28,059 nt of DNA, taken from positions 1 to 28,059 of the forward strand of contig DATEXK010000205.1 of assembly GCA_035257065.1 (NCBI GenBank), given 5' to 3'. The position numbers were made by a program, and so were the translations under genes. The notes beneath the pieces are model-generated. The model was given only the letters and a program-made list of their open reading frames with translations, was not told the DNA's origin and did no database searches. This document shows positions 26,396-28,059 of the stretch, in pieces. This stretch comes from Gaiellaceae bacterium. GTDB lineage: Bacteria; Actinomycetota; Thermoleophilia; Gaiellales; Gaiellaceae. Numbering within the stretch: position 1 is the stretch's first letter; every line of letters begins with the position of its first letter.

Positions 26396-26595
26396 GCGAA
26401 AGTCTGAGGCAGTTCCCGTATTCCGACGGGCTTCGCGCCCGATTCTCTGCGGGCCTGCGAGCAGGTCACGACCGTGAGAGCCGGACGGGGCGAGTCCACG
26501 ACCGGGTCACCGGGGCGGTAGACGGGCTGAAATCCGCTAGAGGGAACGCTCAGGGACTCCCCGCAGCCGGGATTCCGCGTACGCTCAGCGCTCAG

Positions 26596-26781
26596 ATGCC
26601 GAATCACCTCACACCCGAGCAGATTGCGGCCGAGCACGGGATCGCACGCGAGGAGGTCCTCCGCTTCTGCGTCGAGCACGATGTGCCCGTCTTCCACGGG
26701 CAGATCGACAGAACGCTCTTCGCGGCCGAGTGGACCGCCGCGCACGGCGCGACCGGCGAGCCCGATCAGGACAGAGACTAG
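26596..26781 (+). CDS. Small hypothetical protein (61 aa), possible MerR/excisionase-like helix-turn-helix
   Basis: MPNHLTPEQIAAEHGIAREEVLRFCVEHDVP has LTPxxxAxxxGxxxxxV HTH-like spacing. TACGCT -10-like box 10 nt upstream; stop overlaps the convergent hydrolase stop. Confidence 0.65.
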   Translation: MPNHLTPEQIAAEHGIAREEVLRFCVEHDVPVFHGQIDRTLFAAEWTAAHGATGEPDQDRD

Positions 26782-27524
26782 TAGCGCTCGACGAACGCGA
26801 GCACCCGCCGCCAGGCGTCGTCGGAGGCGTCGGCGAACTGCTCCTGCTTGCGATCGAAGAAGCTGTGCGGCGCACCGTCGTAGGTCACGACCTCGTGCTC
26901 GACGCCCGCCGCCGTGAGCGCCTCGTCGAAGGCCGCGTTGTCCTCGGCGAGGATGTGTCCGTCGTCACCGGCCTGCAGGGCGAGAATCGGCGCCGCGATC
27001 TCGGCGGCCCGGGCGGTCGGCCCCGGAACGCCGTTGCGCTCGCCGGGCATGCCGTAGAACCCGACGGCTCCCGCGAGGCCGTGGCCTGCGGCGGCTGAGA
27101 GCCAGGAGTGGCGGCCGCCGAAGCAGAAGCCGACGGTGAACAGCGAGGTGCAGCCCCGCGCGCGCAGGTGCGCCACCGCCGCCGCGACGTCGGCCTGCAC
27201 GCCCTCCGGCGTCGTCTCCTGCACGTGCGGCATGTAGTCGAACTCGTCGTCGCGCTTCTCGACGCCCGCCGTCCGCCCGAAGTAGTCGAAGGCGACAGCC
27301 GGGTACCCGCGCTCCGCGAAGCGCAGTGCGAGCTCCTCGTAGAAGCGATAGAGACCGCGGACGTCGGGGAGGACGACGATTCCGGTCGTGCCGGGCTCGT
27401 CGGGCGCCGCGGAGAAGGCGGCGAAGCGGTTGCCGTCGGCCGCCTCGAGCACGAGGTCGTCGTGCGAGACGGCCGCGCCCGAGATGACCGGAATCGGAGG
27501 GAAGGAGTCGGTGTCGAAGCACAT
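26778..27524 (-). CDS. Dienelactone hydrolase family alpha/beta hydrolase
   Basis: PDVRG, nucleophile elbow GFCFGG, FYG, catalytic Asp region GDDGHI, YDGAPHSFF. Confidence 0.9.
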   Translation of the reverse strand: MCFDTDSFPPIPVISGAAVSHDDLVLEAADGNRFAAFSAAPDEPGTTGIVVLPDVRGLYRFYEELALRFAERGYPAVAFDYFGRTAGVEKRDDEFDYMPHVQETTPEGVQADVAAAVAHLRARGCTSLFTVGFCFGGRHSWLSAAAGHGLAGAVGFYGMPGERNGVPGPTARAAEIAAPILALQAGDDGHILAEDNAAFDEALTAAGVEHEVVTYDGAPHSFFDRKQEQFADASDDAWRRVLAFVERY

Positions 27525-27581
27525 CCCGGGAACCTACCGGTCGGGGCCGGCAGGAGGCAGGCCGCCCGTGCCTAACATGTC

Positions 27582-27800
27582 GTGACGATGGCGGAGCAGT
27601 CTCACCGCGACGAGATGAACGCTGCGATCCGGGCTCAGCGCGAGCGCCAGGCGGTGCCGCGCACGATCGCCCCGATTGACGACGAGGCGCCGGTCGAGGA
27701 TGCCGCCCTCCCCGCTCCCGAGCCGGGTGCGGAACCCGCGCAGACGGCCGTCACGCCGCCGCCGCGGAAGAGCATGTTCGACCGCCTGCGCGGTCGCTGA
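27582..27800 (+). CDS. Hypothetical protein (70-72 aa), Pro/Ala-rich with amphipathic C-terminus
   Basis: Divergent from the hydrolase; TAACAT box just upstream; start GTG 27582 or ATG 27588; ends RKSMFDRLRGR. Confidence 0.6.
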   Translation: MTMAEQSHRDEMNAAIRAQRERQAVPRTIAPIDDEAPVEDAALPAPEPGAEPAQTAVTPPPRKSMFDRLRGR

Positions 27801-27825
27801 CCCTCGATCTGGCAAAGTCCCCGGG

Positions 27826-28059
27826 ATGAGGCGCGGCCTCACCTGGCTCGTTGCGGTGCCGCTGCTCGTCGCGGGCTCCCAGGCTGCGCACGCGCTGACG
27901 TACCGGCTCGTGTATCCCGGCACGTCGATCCGCGTGCACGCGCTGCTCGTCAGCGGCCACGGCTACCTCGACCGGCTGCCGCTCGTGCTCGGCGTGACGC
28001 TCGCGATCGCGCTCGTCGCGCTGCTCGTCGCCGCGCTCGACGCCTCACGCGGCCGCCCG
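27826..28059 (+). CDS. Hypothetical membrane protein (partial, runs off the window)
   Basis: Manual translation: MRRGLTWLVAVPLLVAGSQAAHALTYRLVYPG...SGHGYLDRLPLVLGVTLAIALVALLVAALDASRGRP; two hydrophobic segments, no stop in window. Confidence 0.7.
   Translation, partial: MRRGLTWLVAVPLLVAGSQAAHALTYRLVYPGTSIRVHALLVSGHGYLDRLPLVLGVTLAIALVALLVAALDASRGRP

Noticed and set aside
26368-26745. 125-aa minus-strand ORF overlapping the tRNA 5' end and the small HTH gene
   Set aside because: It runs into the tRNA and promoter region, is antisense to a better ORF, and shows no motifs.
26304-26781. tRNA-Met as the attachment site of a prophage/ICE, with the small HTH ORF as excisionase
   Set aside because: The tRNA 3' end leads straight into rpmG, there is no duplicated tRNA fragment and no integrase, and the HTH ORF is on the 5' side.

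Overview
High-GC Actinomycetota DNA, most likely Thermoleophilia/Gaiellales-like (inference from the RpoC N-terminal coiled-coil insert, short NusG and gene order). It holds the core transcription/translation supercluster on the minus strand: tRNA-Met, rpmG, secE, nusG, rplK, rplA, rplJ, rplL, rpoB, rpoC, then rpsL, rpsG, fusA, tuf, rpsJ, rplC, rplD, rplW, rplB, rpsS, rplV and partial rpsC. The non-routine part is the rpoC-rpsL interval (about 8.8-13.5 kb). It contains three envelope/signalling genes: a membrane GAF-GGDEF protein, a secreted metallophosphoesterase and a secreted 588-aa protein that looks like a glycoside-hydrolase barrel fused to a PrsA/SurA-like region. Every junction between these genes and rpoC carries a ~120-bp double-hairpin REP/MITE-like repeat (three full copies, one partial). 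Next to one copy is an orphan relic of the last 10 codons plus stop of the 588-aa gene. The phosphoesterase therefore sits between direct repeats of (repeat + gene tail), like an integrated ~1.4-kb cassette with no recombinase in view. RpoC carries about 190 extra residues in its actinobacterial N-terminal insert. Several ribosomal proteins and RpoB have long low-complexity tails, and a secreted Thr/His-rich protein sits between rplL and rpoB. All family assignments come from reading motifs; no database searches were run.
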